IMG/VR virus record: IMGVR_UViG_3300005933_000015
Location: 1-57,474 of that record
DNA from: a virus
Lineage: Duplodnaviria; Caudoviricetes
Direction: 5' to 3' (one strand)
DNA length: 57,474 nt
Translations under genes and position numbers: made by a program
The notes under the pieces: model-generated
What the model saw: the letters and a program-made list of their open reading frames with translations, nothing else
Told to the model about the DNA's origin: nothing
The model's database searches: none
Part shown: one piece after another, positions 28,401-37,969 of the stretch
How positions within the stretch are numbered: the stretch's first letter is position 1
How the letters are laid out: the number at the start of each line of letters is the position of its first letter

Positions 28401-30685
28401 AAGAAGGTGTGTATGACTCATTTGTGCAACTAGCAGACGCGTCCGGTGTTACTGGCACCGTTTGGAACGAATGGCAGACAAACTGGTCTGGCGTTGTTGC
28501 ATCTTCTACTAGTAGAAGCAATATCAACATGGGTGTACGCGACACTACTATCACTACTACGAAAAGTAACCAATCTAGAGCAGGTATTAGAACTGATGTA
28601 GTCCCAGATACTATTACTACTGACCTAGGTGATCGTGTTGTTGAAGTTAACTTCGTACCATTCATTAGATCTAGAATCGTTGCCTTCAAAGCAGAACGTA
28701 TGAAACCTGGAACTAAGTTATATGCGTTCTTTGATGGTAAAGATATCACAGCATATACTACACAGACAACTCAGTTTTTTACATTTAGCGATTTCACCGG
28801 CAATAACCCAGAATATACATCTGGATACACATTTAATAACCGAACTGGCTGGCCAACTGAACTCCAGTCTAAAACAGATTTGGTTACAGACTCATCTGGG
28901 TCTATAACTGGGTTTTTCATTGTTCCGAATAATTCGTTACTAAAGTTTAAGACTGGTCAACGAACTTTCAAATTAACTGATGAAGAAAACAACATCTTTA
29001 TAGATTCGACTACTTCTGCAGAAGCACTTTATGAAGCTGCCGGACTAATTGAATCTAAAGAAAATGTCATTTTGTCTACGAGAGTTCCTCGTCTCGATAG
29101 AACTATGCTCGGTGAAGATAGAGTTCTTACATCGACAACTTCAACCTCGAGAGATATCATAACTTGGTCAGATCCATTGGCTCAGACCATTATAATCGAT
29201 GAACCAGGCGGTATATTCGCAACTTCATTAGACTTGTACTTTAGAGAATATGATGAAGATATTCCAGTTACAGTACACTTGGTTACTACAGAAACTGGTA
29301 TTCCTACACAAACAATCATACCGTTTACTAAAGTCACTAAGAAGTTGAGTGCCGCAAATGTTTCTGAAGATGCATCAGTGGCAACTAACTTTGCATTTGA
29401 AGCACCAGTGCATTTACAACCAGGAATTGAGTATGCAATCGTTATCATGTCTATGTCAGATAAGCCTAAGGCTTGGGTTGCTGAGATGGGGGGATTTGAT
29501 GTAACTAATCCAACTTACCGAATCTCAAAACAACCTTATAATGGTGTATTCTTCAAGTCAGCAAACGCTTCTACATGGACACCAGAGCAAGAGAAAGACC
29601 TTAAGTTTAAATTAAACCGCGCCGAGTTTACAACTACATCTGGTGAGATTATTCTAGAGAACGTCGAGTTGCAAAGAACCATACTAGGCACGGATCCTAT
29701 ATACACAACTACTGGTTCTAATGTAGTTAAGGTATACCACAAGAATCATGGTATGTTTGTTAATTCAGACACCACCATTGATAATATTACTGCAACAGCG
29801 ACAACATTCTTGAATGGAATTCCACTGAGTGAGTTAGAGGATACTCATAATATCATACGAGTTGAAAAAGAATACTACGAAATTACTGTAACCACTAATG
29901 CTACAGCAACTGGTAGAGCTGGCGGAAGTTCTTTAACAGCAACCGCAAACCGATTGATGGACCTGATGCAAGTATATCTTGAAGAACTTGCTATTCCAGG
30001 AACTTCATTGTTGTGGGATGCTTCGGTAATGTCTGCTAAGTCATTCGCAGGCATAGAGCAAGAATATGTTGCAAGTCCGTACTTCCCTATCATTATTAAC
30101 GAGAACACAATATTCAATCGACCACAGTGTATTCCTAGTCTGGAAAATGAGCCTGCTGGTGTTCGTGGATTCAGAGCAAAGGGTGCTATATCGACGAATA
30201 CAAGTAAGTTGTCTCCTGTATTAGATCTAGACAGAATGTCAGTATTCTCTATATCAAACAAGTTGGATCACCCAAGTAATATTGTTGAAGATAACAGAAA
30301 CTATGTTGAAAACTTCGTTGCTGAAACAGAAGCAAGTGGAACTAGTTCTGCTGCTAAGTATATTACTCGCAGGATCAGTTTAACTGAGAGTGCAAACAAT
30401 ATTAAAGTTCTTGCTGGTATGAACCGTCCTTCTGGAACAGATTTAGAGTTGTACTACAAAGTTCAATCTAGTGAAGATACTAACTTCGACTTTGTTGGAT
30501 GGACGCTGGCAACACCTACATCTCCTATTCCATTCGGTGAAAACTCTAATAACTACTCTGAGATTGAATATGATATTAGTACGAACGAGTTTAGTAACAT
30601 GGCATTTAAGATTGTTCTTAAATCTAGAAACTCTTCTTTCGTCCCTACGGTTCGAGACTTCCGAGCAATTGCATTTACTTCGTAA
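25460..30685 (+). CDS. large virion structural / baseplate-associated protein (VrlC/DUF4815-like)
   Basis: PYYDDFD...RILFRPG.AVQARELTQ.Q, ARRTYEESGNY, RYTMRDIG.LE.RI, DPLAQT, ends RDFRAIA. Confidence 0.85.
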   Translation: MTFKLFNTPPYYDDFDETKNYVRILFRPGNAVQARELTQMQTSLQAQIDRHGKHVFKEGSPVIGGKPTIDESDFIKVESSFIPSSGGATLVTDNYYEEFLGTTILGQTSGVTAKVIDVVPSGTDGPITLYLKYTNSGTDTETKLFQTEEELVSDAIIPRQAKIKTSVEIPTGKGLRFSIPEGVFFVNGHFVYVPSESLIVSRYSLDISTRIVYEIVENTVTIAEDASLGDNALGTPNEAAPGAHRYQILLNLKTQPFSFTEPRDDKFIQLMLIENGFIKQRATTEYSELSNELARRTYEESGNYVVKPFIINTRELYNDGSNNGLYNLAQLRRFSRLGVASTDAQVISYGESRLAVGLEKSVAYVNGYRIELEDIKYVELLKSRETEWFNGASIVANLGNYVTVNVSQGLPDVDTFGILNLKDSGNSVIGTARARSIDWVSGTTYKLYLFDISMAIETFSDVVYIQQTLSSGPQFTATLVSTNLFDTNYNSLVYKLPFDTVQTLIFGGQNDTYYTVKRKTSASVTGSQTTVDATDGVIQPYNSTDWIAIDNSGDPINISGVTISFNSSTNVSSAVISFSDHTTGDVYIVYPIDKNLAKKTKNLIEDHVILKTSPNTTPGSYDSLGITDVFRLVSIKDVGVPLAGGGFLDITDRYELDNGQRDNFYGIGRVRLKFDAIPPIGNLSITLDYFLHGTGDYFSVDSYSGIDYEDIPSFNSIKGQVELRDAIDFRPVKTTSGDNFTGAGSSLVDIVKPGSIIRTDIVYYLNRIDKIYVDKDGNFGILQGVPALNPEPPKDLKDSMILYRLEVGAFTFGPESINPIMIDNRRYTMRDIGKLERRIKNLEYYTTLSLLEKETADYQLPGNAFKNGFVVDNFYGHNVGNPSNPDYSCSVDRARGVLRPQFVEQETRLKWNSGLSTGVKKSGSLLTLDYSEVSYIEQPYASYAEWVNPYNVFTWTGDMVLSPESDNWKDTETRPDVIIDQEGVYDSFVQLADASGVTGTVWNEWQTNWSGVVASSTSRSNINMGVRDTTITTTKSNQSRAGIRTDVVPDTITTDLGDRVVEVNFVPFIRSRIVAFKAERMKPGTKLYAFFDGKDITAYTTQTTQFFTFSDFTGNNPEYTSGYTFNNRTGWPTELQSKTDLVTDSSGSITGFFIVPNNSLLKFKTGQRTFKLTDEENNIFIDSTTSAEALYEAAGLIESKENVILSTRVPRLDRTMLGEDRVLTSTTSTSRDIITWSDPLAQTIIIDEPGGIFATSLDLYFREYDEDIPVTVHLVTTETGIPTQTIIPFTKVTKKLSAANVSEDASVATNFAFEAPVHLQPGIEYAIVIMSMSDKPKAWVAEMGGFDVTNPTYRISKQPYNGVFFKSANASTWTPEQEKDLKFKLNRAEFTTTSGEIILENVELQRTILGTDPIYTTTGSNVVKVYHKNHGMFVNSDTTIDNITATATTFLNGIPLSELEDTHNIIRVEKEYYEITVTTNATATGRAGGSSLTATANRLMDLMQVYLEELAIPGTSLLWDASVMSAKSFAGIEQEYVASPYFPIIINENTIFNRPQCIPSLENEPAGVRGFRAKGAISTNTSKLSPVLDLDRMSVFSISNKLDHPSNIVEDNRNYVENFVAETEASGTSSAAKYITRRISLTESANNIKVLAGMNRPSGTDLELYYKVQSSEDTNFDFVGWTLATPTSPIPFGENSNNYSEIEYDISTNEFSNMAFKIVLKSRNSSFVPTVRDFRAIAFTS

Positions 30686-30690
30686 TAAGT

Positions 30691-30903
30691 ATGAGTGATA
30701 ATCTAGTTCCAATTGAGAATAGTACGGGGTTTAGAAGGGACCTCCACTCTAAAGCCGTACTAAATACTAATAAGAATGCATACCTCCGAGCACGCGAAGA
30801 GGCACAGAAAAAGAAACAAGAAATTGAGGAAATGCAACAACTTAAAACTGATGTTGCAGAACTCAAGGATTTACTAAACAAACTTTTAGAAAAAGTAGGT
30901 TAA
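30691..30903 (+). CDS. small coiled-coil hypothetical protein
   Basis: RD..SKAVLNT plus heptad C-terminus; follows the VrlC-like gene. Confidence 0.75.
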   Translation: MSDNLVPIENSTGFRRDLHSKAVLNTNKNAYLRAREEAQKKKQEIEEMQQLKTDVAELKDLLNKLLEKVG

Positions 30904-30904
30904 T

Positions 30905-33220
30905 ATGGCAGTAACTAATGTAGCAAAGACAGACACGTTTGATGGATGGCGTGTCAAGACAAATACCATAGCATCAGAACTTGGTGATAATACACTTCTG
31001 GTAGCAAACTCTACCCTAAATTCAGAAAATGCAGTTGATGCAGTATTAGAGACTCTTGCTAAAGTAGAAACTGAAGTTGGTAATATAAATGGACTAACCA
31101 CTACAGCACTTAACTTGGTAGGTGGTATCAATGAACACGATGTTGAAATCGGTGTAATATCAACGCTGACGACTGCTGCTAAGAATAATTTAGTAAGTTC
31201 TATCAACGAATTGGACTCGGAACTTGGTGTTCTATCTGGTTTAACAACAACTGTTAAATCTACAATCGTTGGTTCTATCAATGAATTGGACTCGGAACTT
31301 GGTGTTCTATCTGGTTTAACAACAACTGTTAAATCTACAATCGTTGGTTCTATCAATGAGGTAGTTCAACGAGAAACTGATAGATACAACAATACATTAA
31401 AACTAGACCTTACGGATGCAACCGTTGGTGGTAGCAACGCTAGTGAGCAAGCAATTCTATCTGATATATCAATGCCTGCTGGTAGAACTATGACTTTGTC
31501 TGGCACATTAGATATATCTTCTGGTCAATTGATCGTAGGTGGTGCAGGCGGCGCGTTGAATATCCAAACTACATTCTTGATATTAGGTGATGCTGAAGCA
31601 GCAACCGCTTCTAATGGTGGAGTAGTTGTTAATCGAGGTGAAGAAGGATCTACTGCAAGGGATGACGTTCGTGTATATTGGGATGAGACTGTAAAAGATT
31701 GGAAGTTGAAGAAATTCGCAGACGATAATACTACAGTTATTAGCCCACATATCATCGACTCATATAACATGAAAGATGTCGTTGTAGGAGGTACTCAGAA
31801 TGGTATTGCGGTAACATACGACAGTGTTAATAATAGAGCTAACTTTGATGTAAACGACTTTACGATCACCTTGAGTGGAGACGCTACAGGTAGTGCTACA
31901 GTAACGAACTTATCTAATGTTAATATTCCAGTAACGATTCAACCGAATTCTATCGCTCTTGGAGTAGATACCACTGGTGCATATGTTCAGTCTGTTACAC
32001 TATCTGCTTCTAATCCTGGTATTAGTTTAACACAATCTTCTGCTGGGGCTGAAAGTAATGCTATCACAGCATTGCAAGTTGACTCTACTGTCATTAGAAC
32101 AACAGGAACGCAATCCCTTGCTGGTGTAAAAACCTTTGCAGATAAACCAGTTTTTTCGACTGGATTTACTTCTAACGGGGCATCGACAATCTCAACAGGC
32201 GGGTTGGTTACATATGGCAACTCTTCGTTCGAGAACAATCTAGAGGTTAAGGGTAACTTTACTGTTTCTGGGACTGTCACTACGGTTAACACTGAGACGG
32301 TTACTATCAACGACAACATTATTGTATTAAATAACAACTCTGCAGCAACCCCTACAGAAAACGCGGGTATTGAGATTGAGCGCGGTAGTTCTACGAACAC
32401 TAGTTTGTTGTGGGACGAGACAGAAGATAGTTGGAAATTTTATAATGGATCAGTTCAATACGATCTAGTCGGTAAGGTAAATGCCGGAGCGGCAATAACA
32501 GTAGCCAAGTCTACTAATAAAGCAGAGTGGACTGTTAACCACGCAGATACTTCTTCCACTTCAAGCATAAATGTTAATAACAGCGCAAATACATTTGTGC
32601 AGGACATCAAAGTTAGTGTTGACACCTATGGTCATGTTACTGAACTTTCTAGTACATCAACTGAAGTTTCTATTGGTCGTGGTGAACTTACTATCACTGC
32701 TGGTGGTGCAATTACTCTCGGAAATATTTCAGGCAGCAATACATTTAATGCTGATCAGTTTACAAATAATAATATCACAGTTAACCACGCAGATACTTCA
32801 ACACAGGTTTCTGTAAATAATGCTGGATATACATATATTCAAGATATTATCTTAGATGATTATGGTCACTTAACTGGAATTACTTCCTCTACTTGGTCTG
32901 CAACTCTTGCTAATATAACAGACTCAACAGAAGATATTCAAGATATCGTCGGAGGAATGTTTTCTGGCATAGGTAATCCAGATGAATTTGGTATAAGTAT
33001 CACATATGATGACACGACTGGTAAGATCAAGGCAGATGTTGGGGATTTTAATATAACACTAACAGGATTTGTGAGTGGCACTGGTACTGTAAATAATTTA
33101 GGTAATGTTAGCATAACAACCTCGTTAAACAGCTCTATTAATACTGAACTCTCTAACGCAATTAAAGCACTTTTACCAAAGTTATATAATTCTGCTGGCT
33201 CCCAAGTATTCCCTACGTGA
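30905..33220 (+). CDS. tail fibre / whisker-like structural protein
   Basis: DTFDGWRVKTN N-terminus, 25-aa INE repeats, Thr/Ser/Asn-rich beta repeats. Confidence 0.75.
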   Translation: MAVTNVAKTDTFDGWRVKTNTIASELGDNTLLVANSTLNSENAVDAVLETLAKVETEVGNINGLTTTALNLVGGINEHDVEIGVISTLTTAAKNNLVSSINELDSELGVLSGLTTTVKSTIVGSINELDSELGVLSGLTTTVKSTIVGSINEVVQRETDRYNNTLKLDLTDATVGGSNASEQAILSDISMPAGRTMTLSGTLDISSGQLIVGGAGGALNIQTTFLILGDAEAATASNGGVVVNRGEEGSTARDDVRVYWDETVKDWKLKKFADDNTTVISPHIIDSYNMKDVVVGGTQNGIAVTYDSVNNRANFDVNDFTITLSGDATGSATVTNLSNVNIPVTIQPNSIALGVDTTGAYVQSVTLSASNPGISLTQSSAGAESNAITALQVDSTVIRTTGTQSLAGVKTFADKPVFSTGFTSNGASTISTGGLVTYGNSSFENNLEVKGNFTVSGTVTTVNTETVTINDNIIVLNNNSAATPTENAGIEIERGSSTNTSLLWDETEDSWKFYNGSVQYDLVGKVNAGAAITVAKSTNKAEWTVNHADTSSTSSINVNNSANTFVQDIKVSVDTYGHVTELSSTSTEVSIGRGELTITAGGAITLGNISGSNTFNADQFTNNNITVNHADTSTQVSVNNAGYTYIQDIILDDYGHLTGITSSTWSATLANITDSTEDIQDIVGGMFSGIGNPDEFGISITYDDTTGKIKADVGDFNITLTGFVSGTGTVNNLGNVSITTSLNSSINTELSNAIKALLPKLYNSAGSQVFPT
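31197..31359 (+). repeat. 75-bp tandem duplication (2 copies + partial; SINELDSELGVLSGLTTTVKSTIVG)
   Basis: Units start at 31197, 31272 and 31347; the first two differ at one synonymous position. Confidence 0.92.
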
Positions 33221-33232
33221 TAGGTTCATAAG

Positions 33233-34363
33233 ATGGTTGATTTTTTAAGATTGAAAAATACCGGCAGTGATACTGTCGGCTTGCAAGCTATGTCAACATC
33301 AGATAAAGCTTGGGTAGCTTGGAAGTTTGGTTCATACATAGTTAATAATCCAAGCAACTATATGCGTATTCAAGTTTCTACTTCTAATCCAGGTGGTACT
33401 TGGGAAAACATTGGTTCTTTCGTTGATACTTTTAGGGATCCTATAGGAACTCATCCAACAACTACAGTATATTCATCTACTACAGGATTATATCAAGTTA
33501 GACAACCAAGCGTTGCAGACAGACCTTCATTAAACGATTCTAATTCACCAGTATATCTATATAACCATCCGACAAATGGATGGGGGTCTAGAATATCTTC
33601 TAGTGGGGTAAATAGTAGTTATCAATTTGAAGATTCTATGATGCCTGCTGTAGCAGCACACTTAGCAGGGTTGAATATCGGGTCTTATTCTATTCAACCA
33701 AATAATCCAGGTGGTTCTGGAAAAACCTGGATAGCAAGAGATACTATTACCGATTTTGCAAGAAGTGGAAGCACTACTACAACGCTTTGGCAATGTACTG
33801 CATCACCTTCTCCTACAGAATACAGGCCTGTCTATGCTAATGATAGTGGTACGAGCGGAGATTTTCAAGAATATAGTGACTCTGGGGTAGATACATTAGT
33901 AAAATGTATACATACTAGATCATGGAGTTCTAGTGGAGTCGGTTCTTATGTATTTCAAACTTCTGCACCAACAACAGGTACTTGGGTTAAGATGGGTGCG
34001 TCTATAACAGATACTCGACAAACTGTATCACCTAGTTCTTATGTAAGCAACACTTCCGGAAATTTCACCGGATACTACGCAAGAGATTATGCTGGGACAT
34101 ACACTGGCACTTACATTAGGGATTTTGCTGGCGCATATGCTGGGGCGTATAGGATGATTTTTTCGGGATTTGCAGGTCCGCAATATGTAGGATATTATAC
34201 AGGATATTATAGAGGGTATTTCACTGGAAATTATACTGGATACTTCCGCACGAATTATGCCGGAACATATACTGCTTATTACACCGGATATTACGCTGGT
34301 GCTACTGTGACCAGTAACAAAGAAACTGTATCTTCAAAATCACTATGGTTGAGAACTGCTTAA
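33233..34363 (+). CDS. putative virion protein with C-terminal Tyr/Phe-x-Gly-x tetrapeptide repeats
   Basis: Ser/Thr/Gly-rich; FTGY YARD YAGT YTGT...YTGY YAGA; follows a fibre gene. Confidence 0.75.
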   Translation: MVDFLRLKNTGSDTVGLQAMSTSDKAWVAWKFGSYIVNNPSNYMRIQVSTSNPGGTWENIGSFVDTFRDPIGTHPTTTVYSSTTGLYQVRQPSVADRPSLNDSNSPVYLYNHPTNGWGSRISSSGVNSSYQFEDSMMPAVAAHLAGLNIGSYSIQPNNPGGSGKTWIARDTITDFARSGSTTTTLWQCTASPSPTEYRPVYANDSGTSGDFQEYSDSGVDTLVKCIHTRSWSSSGVGSYVFQTSAPTTGTWVKMGASITDTRQTVSPSSYVSNTSGNFTGYYARDYAGTYTGTYIRDFAGAYAGAYRMIFSGFAGPQYVGYYTGYYRGYFTGNYTGYFRTNYAGTYTAYYTGYYAGATVTSNKETVSSKSLWLRTA

Positions 34364-34382
34364 CATATTAAGGAATTATAAA

Positions 34383-34925
34383 ATGGCAAATTTTATCTCG
34401 TCGACATTCGCAGAACCTCATTGGCAGGATATTCAGACAAAGAGCGTGATCCGCGCAAAGATGATCCACAACTATGACGACGGAAGTTCTAGACAATTCG
34501 ATTGTTCTATATCAAAACCTGCTGTTGAGGGCGAATCTAATCCTGACTGGGACTTTATCATGGATAAGTATGGTGAAGAATTCGTAACAGAATCGACGAC
34601 AGAAGTTATTCAGAAAATTCGAATGAGTGTAGAAAAATCTAGGATTGAAGACGACTCTAGAAAAAAGAAAGAAGAAAGTTTCGCCAAGCAAGAAATACTC
34701 TTTGCGATTAAGTTAGAAGCGTTCGAAATTGAAGAAATTAAAAATTCTAAAAACAGAGAATTAAAGGCGAAGATTCGGAAATCTAAGTCTGTTACTGAAG
34801 TGCAAGCGTATACTACTATTTTATTGATGAAAGAATTTGAGAATGCTAAATCAGAGCCAGCGCCAACAGCAAAACCTGCAACCAAGAAACCCTCTGTCAA
34901 GAAGGAAGAGTCCAGCCAAGAGTAA
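34383..34925 (+). CDS. hypothetical protein (possible fibre assembly chaperone)
   Basis: TAAGGA RBS; charged helical C-terminal half. Confidence 0.7.
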   Translation: MANFISSTFAEPHWQDIQTKSVIRAKMIHNYDDGSSRQFDCSISKPAVEGESNPDWDFIMDKYGEEFVTESTTEVIQKIRMSVEKSRIEDDSRKKKEESFAKQEILFAIKLEAFEIEEIKNSKNRELKAKIRKSKSVTEVQAYTTILLMKEFENAKSEPAPTAKPATKKPSVKKEESSQE

Positions 34926-35664
34926 CGGGTTTTTAATTGTAGCGTCAGTATCTTCTGGATATTATGACTCGGCAATTAACCTTGCTGGTTCTATACTAGA
35001 TTTCTATCCCGAGGCGAAAATAGCACTTTTTACTGAGAAAGAGTTATTTAAAGAAGAACATCGCCACCTCTTCGACTATGTAGAATCTAATTCACCACAT
35101 CATATTCGTGCTAAGTTATGGGCACTTCCCCGCTCACCTTATGCAACAACTGTCTATATAGATGCTGATTGTGAGGTGCGCGATGAAGAAATCTCAGAAG
35201 CATTCTCCCTATTAGATTCCCAAGAACTAGACATTGCAACAACTGCCGTGCGAGATTACTCTGGCGCATTTGTGTATTTTGATGACAACGGTGAGCAGAC
35301 TAAACTTGCTCATCATTGTGGGGTATTTGTATATAACGATAAACCGCAGACTTTAGAGTTTATGCAATCTTGGTGGGAAGAATACCTAGAGCAAGTTTCC
35401 GGAGAGTGGAACTATCCTCATGACAGGCGCTTAAAGCCTTGGGATCAATACACATTTTGGCGGTTGCTTCGTGACACTAGATACTCTACAAGTGTTAAAG
35501 TAGGATTCATAGAAGGCGAGGATGCTCGTTGGAATTTTGTGAATAACTATAAACTTGAAGAGGTCACTAAAGACCCTATTATATTTCATTACACATTAGC
35601 AAAAGATTTCATAGATGCAGGTCGTCTCAATAAAAAACAAACAACTACTCCAGATACTGAATGA
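34837..35664 (+). CDS. GT-A fold glycosyltransferase-like protein
   Basis: RAKLWAL..SPY..TVYIDAD (DxD), GVF, WDQ, RWN, HYT; start uncertain (34837 or 34843). Confidence 0.75.
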   Translation: MRMLNQSQRQQQNLQPRNPLSRRKSPAKSNGFLIVASVSSGYYDSAINLAGSILDFYPEAKIALFTEKELFKEEHRHLFDYVESNSPHHIRAKLWALPRSPYATTVYIDADCEVRDEEISEAFSLLDSQELDIATTAVRDYSGAFVYFDDNGEQTKLAHHCGVFVYNDKPQTLEFMQSWWEEYLEQVSGEWNYPHDRRLKPWDQYTFWRLLRDTRYSTSVKVGFIEGEDARWNFVNNYKLEEVTKDPIIFHYTLAKDFIDAGRLNKKQTTTPDTE

Positions 35665-36256
35665 TTTTAAAGACTGGATGTTTACTGAACCAGTTAATAT
35701 TATTCATGATAAAAAGTTATTTGATCATAAATTACTTTCTTCTATTTCTGCAGAAGAAGGCACTTCTCAAGAATTTCTTAATGATCGTCTAAGCAAAGAC
35801 CCTTATGAAACGGGGTTCCCTTTATACTCTAAAGGGTTTGATATAGGTAATGATAAAAATTCTTGTGATGAGTGGGAATCCGTGTCTAAGAAGATGGACA
35901 TTGATATGATAGAAGCGATTGGTGTTAAGTTCAGCGCTCTGAAGATGTACTATCCTGAAGACGGGTTTATCGGCTGGCATAATAACTGCAACTGTCCAGG
36001 ATACAACTTGGTTATGTCATACAGCGAAACCGGAAACGGATACTTTCAGTATCTAGACCCAACGACCAAGCAAATAGTTCGTATGCAAGATGTTCCAGGA
36101 TGGAGCGCTAAGGTGGGTTACTTCGGATCGTTCACAGAACCTGATAAAATCTTTTGGCATTGCGCTCGTACTCATGAGCCTAGAATTACAGTATCTTACG
36201 TGACACCAGACCAATACATGTGGGAATGCATGATAGAGGATATTCAGAGCGAGTAA
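35615..36256 (+). CDS. cupin / 2OG-Fe(II) oxygenase-like protein
   Basis: YYPEDGFIGWHNN ... FWHCA ... RITVSY double-stranded beta-helix pattern. Confidence 0.55.
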   Translation: MQVVSIKNKQLLQILNDFKDWMFTEPVNIIHDKKLFDHKLLSSISAEEGTSQEFLNDRLSKDPYETGFPLYSKGFDIGNDKNSCDEWESVSKKMDIDMIEAIGVKFSALKMYYPEDGFIGWHNNCNCPGYNLVMSYSETGNGYFQYLDPTTKQIVRMQDVPGWSAKVGYFGSFTEPDKIFWHCARTHEPRITVSYVTPDQYMWECMIEDIQSE

Positions 36257-36894
36257 TATTGCTTAGACAAATCGCCATTGTATAAACATATCATCCTCTC
36301 GGGCATATCATACACACCATCTACCATTCTAGAATGTCTTTTTGGGTCTCTCTGATCATACCCCCAAACTTTACAATAAACCCAATGTGAAGGTAGAACG
36401 TTTATATGGTCTATAAACTCTTGCTCCATAAAGTCATCATTCCCATCATACTTCAATTGATAGTAGTTGGGATCTTGTATAAATCGATTTTGAAATATAC
36501 TACACTGCGCATCCCATATCATTATGCTACTATTGATAGAAGTTAGCCCATCAGTAGGACCAAGTACACTTTTCCACTCAGCAGGAATAACATAAACTCC
36601 TTTGGTTGGCGCATAAGACAATATCTCGTCTATGTTGTTTTGAATATCTATGTCTAGATCAAAGAATACATTATGCCCTTCTAGGGTTAGTATCCACAGT
36701 TTCCACCAATAAGACTCCACATCATTTTTAGGCAATTCTGTTATTTGAATACCGCTGTCGATGTCACTTGGGTCTTCGGTAAAGCATATAAAATTAAACT
36801 TTATAGTGGTATTATCTTGAACTAACTTATATAAACGGTTTACATGAGCGGCAGAATACTTGTCGCCCCATTTTAGACAGATTACATTTACCAT
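36244..36894 (-). CDS. glycosyltransferase-like protein (KWGxKY family)
   Basis: VICLKWGDKY..HVNRLY, WWKL, FFDLD, NSSIM. Confidence 0.75.
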   Translation of the reverse strand: MVNVICLKWGDKYSAAHVNRLYKLVQDNTTIKFNFICFTEDPSDIDSGIQITELPKNDVESYWWKLWILTLEGHNVFFDLDIDIQNNIDEILSYAPTKGVYVIPAEWKSVLGPTDGLTSINSSIMIWDAQCSIFQNRFIQDPNYYQLKYDGNDDFMEQEFIDHINVLPSHWVYCKVWGYDQRDPKRHSRMVDGVYDMPERMICLYNGDLSKQYYSL

Positions 36895-37304
36895 TTCTCA
36901 CCTACAATCGTATAGTAATTGACTCCATTAAACTTTGTGGTAGATGCAAAATTTACTTCATCTAGTTGAGACTGTTCAATAAGAGCCTCTTTAGATGTTG
37001 TTCTATTGACATGTTCGTCGCAATACCTATTGTTAGACTGTAGTAAGTAAGTTGCTGGTAGAGTTATTACTCGCATTGGATACATGTGTTCGCAGCATAG
37101 GTTTATGATTAAGTTGTGAGTGCCATTATTTATTTCTTCAAACCTATAATTAACATTAGACACCTTATCAATCCAGTCTATCTGATCATACTTGGTGAAT
37201 GGTAGCTCTGCACCGGAAACAGATCCCAGTATCAAAACATGCTTATCAACATGAAGTTCCATCACCCGCATTATTTCTATTGCATATTCCGCAGATAATT
37301 TCAT
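36888..37304 (-). CDS. methyltransferase-fold-like protein (short)
   Basis: IINLCCEHM...LLQSNN...HVN resembles INTSCEHI...LQSNN...HVR of ORF 47778. Confidence 0.5.
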   Translation of the reverse strand: MKLSAEYAIEIMRVMELHVDKHVLILGSVSGAELPFTKYDQIDWIDKVSNVNYRFEEINNGTHNLIINLCCEHMYPMRVITLPATYLLQSNNRYCDEHVNRTTSKEALIEQSQLDEVNFASTTKFNGVNYYTIVGEKW

Positions 37305-37969
37305 AACATACCTAGTTCATGCATTTCGAGTTGACCTGGCTGAGTTTCAAAGGTATATATGATAGGTTCTACTGAAGGAGTTTCATTATGATAGGATGCA
37401 ACTAATGGCCTAGGAACAAAGTCAAATTTACTCATATGTTCTGAACTCAAGTAGTTGTCAGAACCATTTATACATACAAAAAATATGTACTCAGAGTTCT
37501 TCACTATATGTTCCCATATTTCCTTGGTATCAGAGGTGTCTTCCCAAACAATTATGCTGCTATTGGTAACTCCACGATAACAAAGATATGCATTATGCGC
37601 GGAGTTTATACCAGCATCGTCTTGCCAGTGTGATCTATTAATCAGTATCTTATTTGCGTGAAGTTCTGTAATTTTATTTAAATTACCTTGAATCAGTATA
37701 TCCAAGTCTAGATATACTTTCTTTCCCATGATACCCCAACAATTAGGTTCCCATATATTGCACTTGGGTTTATCCGGAAAGCGACCATCCATAATAGGTT
37801 GGAATTTGCTAAACGGTAGTTCTATCGCACCATCTATACCTAATACTTTATCTGTTTGGCAATAGAACGCAAATTCGCCAATGTAATTATCCTTTACAGA
37901 TTCATACAACTTCTGCACATATTTGGTACTGTACTTATCGCCCCATAAAGAACAAATGAAACTAATCAT
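37301..37969 (-). CDS. glycosyltransferase-like protein (WGxKY family)
   Basis: MISFICSLWGDKY, YLDLD, NSSII; ATG at 37969 preferred. Confidence 0.72.
   Translation of the reverse strand: MISFICSLWGDKYSTKYVQKLYESVKDNYIGEFAFYCQTDKVLGIDGAIELPFSKFQPIMDGRFPDKPKCNIWEPNCWGIMGKKVYLDLDILIQGNLNKITELHANKILINRSHWQDDAGINSAHNAYLCYRGVTNSSIIVWEDTSDTKEIWEHIVKNSEYIFFVCINGSDNYLSSEHMSKFDFVPRPLVASYHNETPSVEPIIYTFETQPGQLEMHELGML

Noticed and set aside
34064-34303. Diversity-generating retroelement variable region
   Set aside because: No reverse transcriptase and no template repeat differing only at adenines were seen in the window
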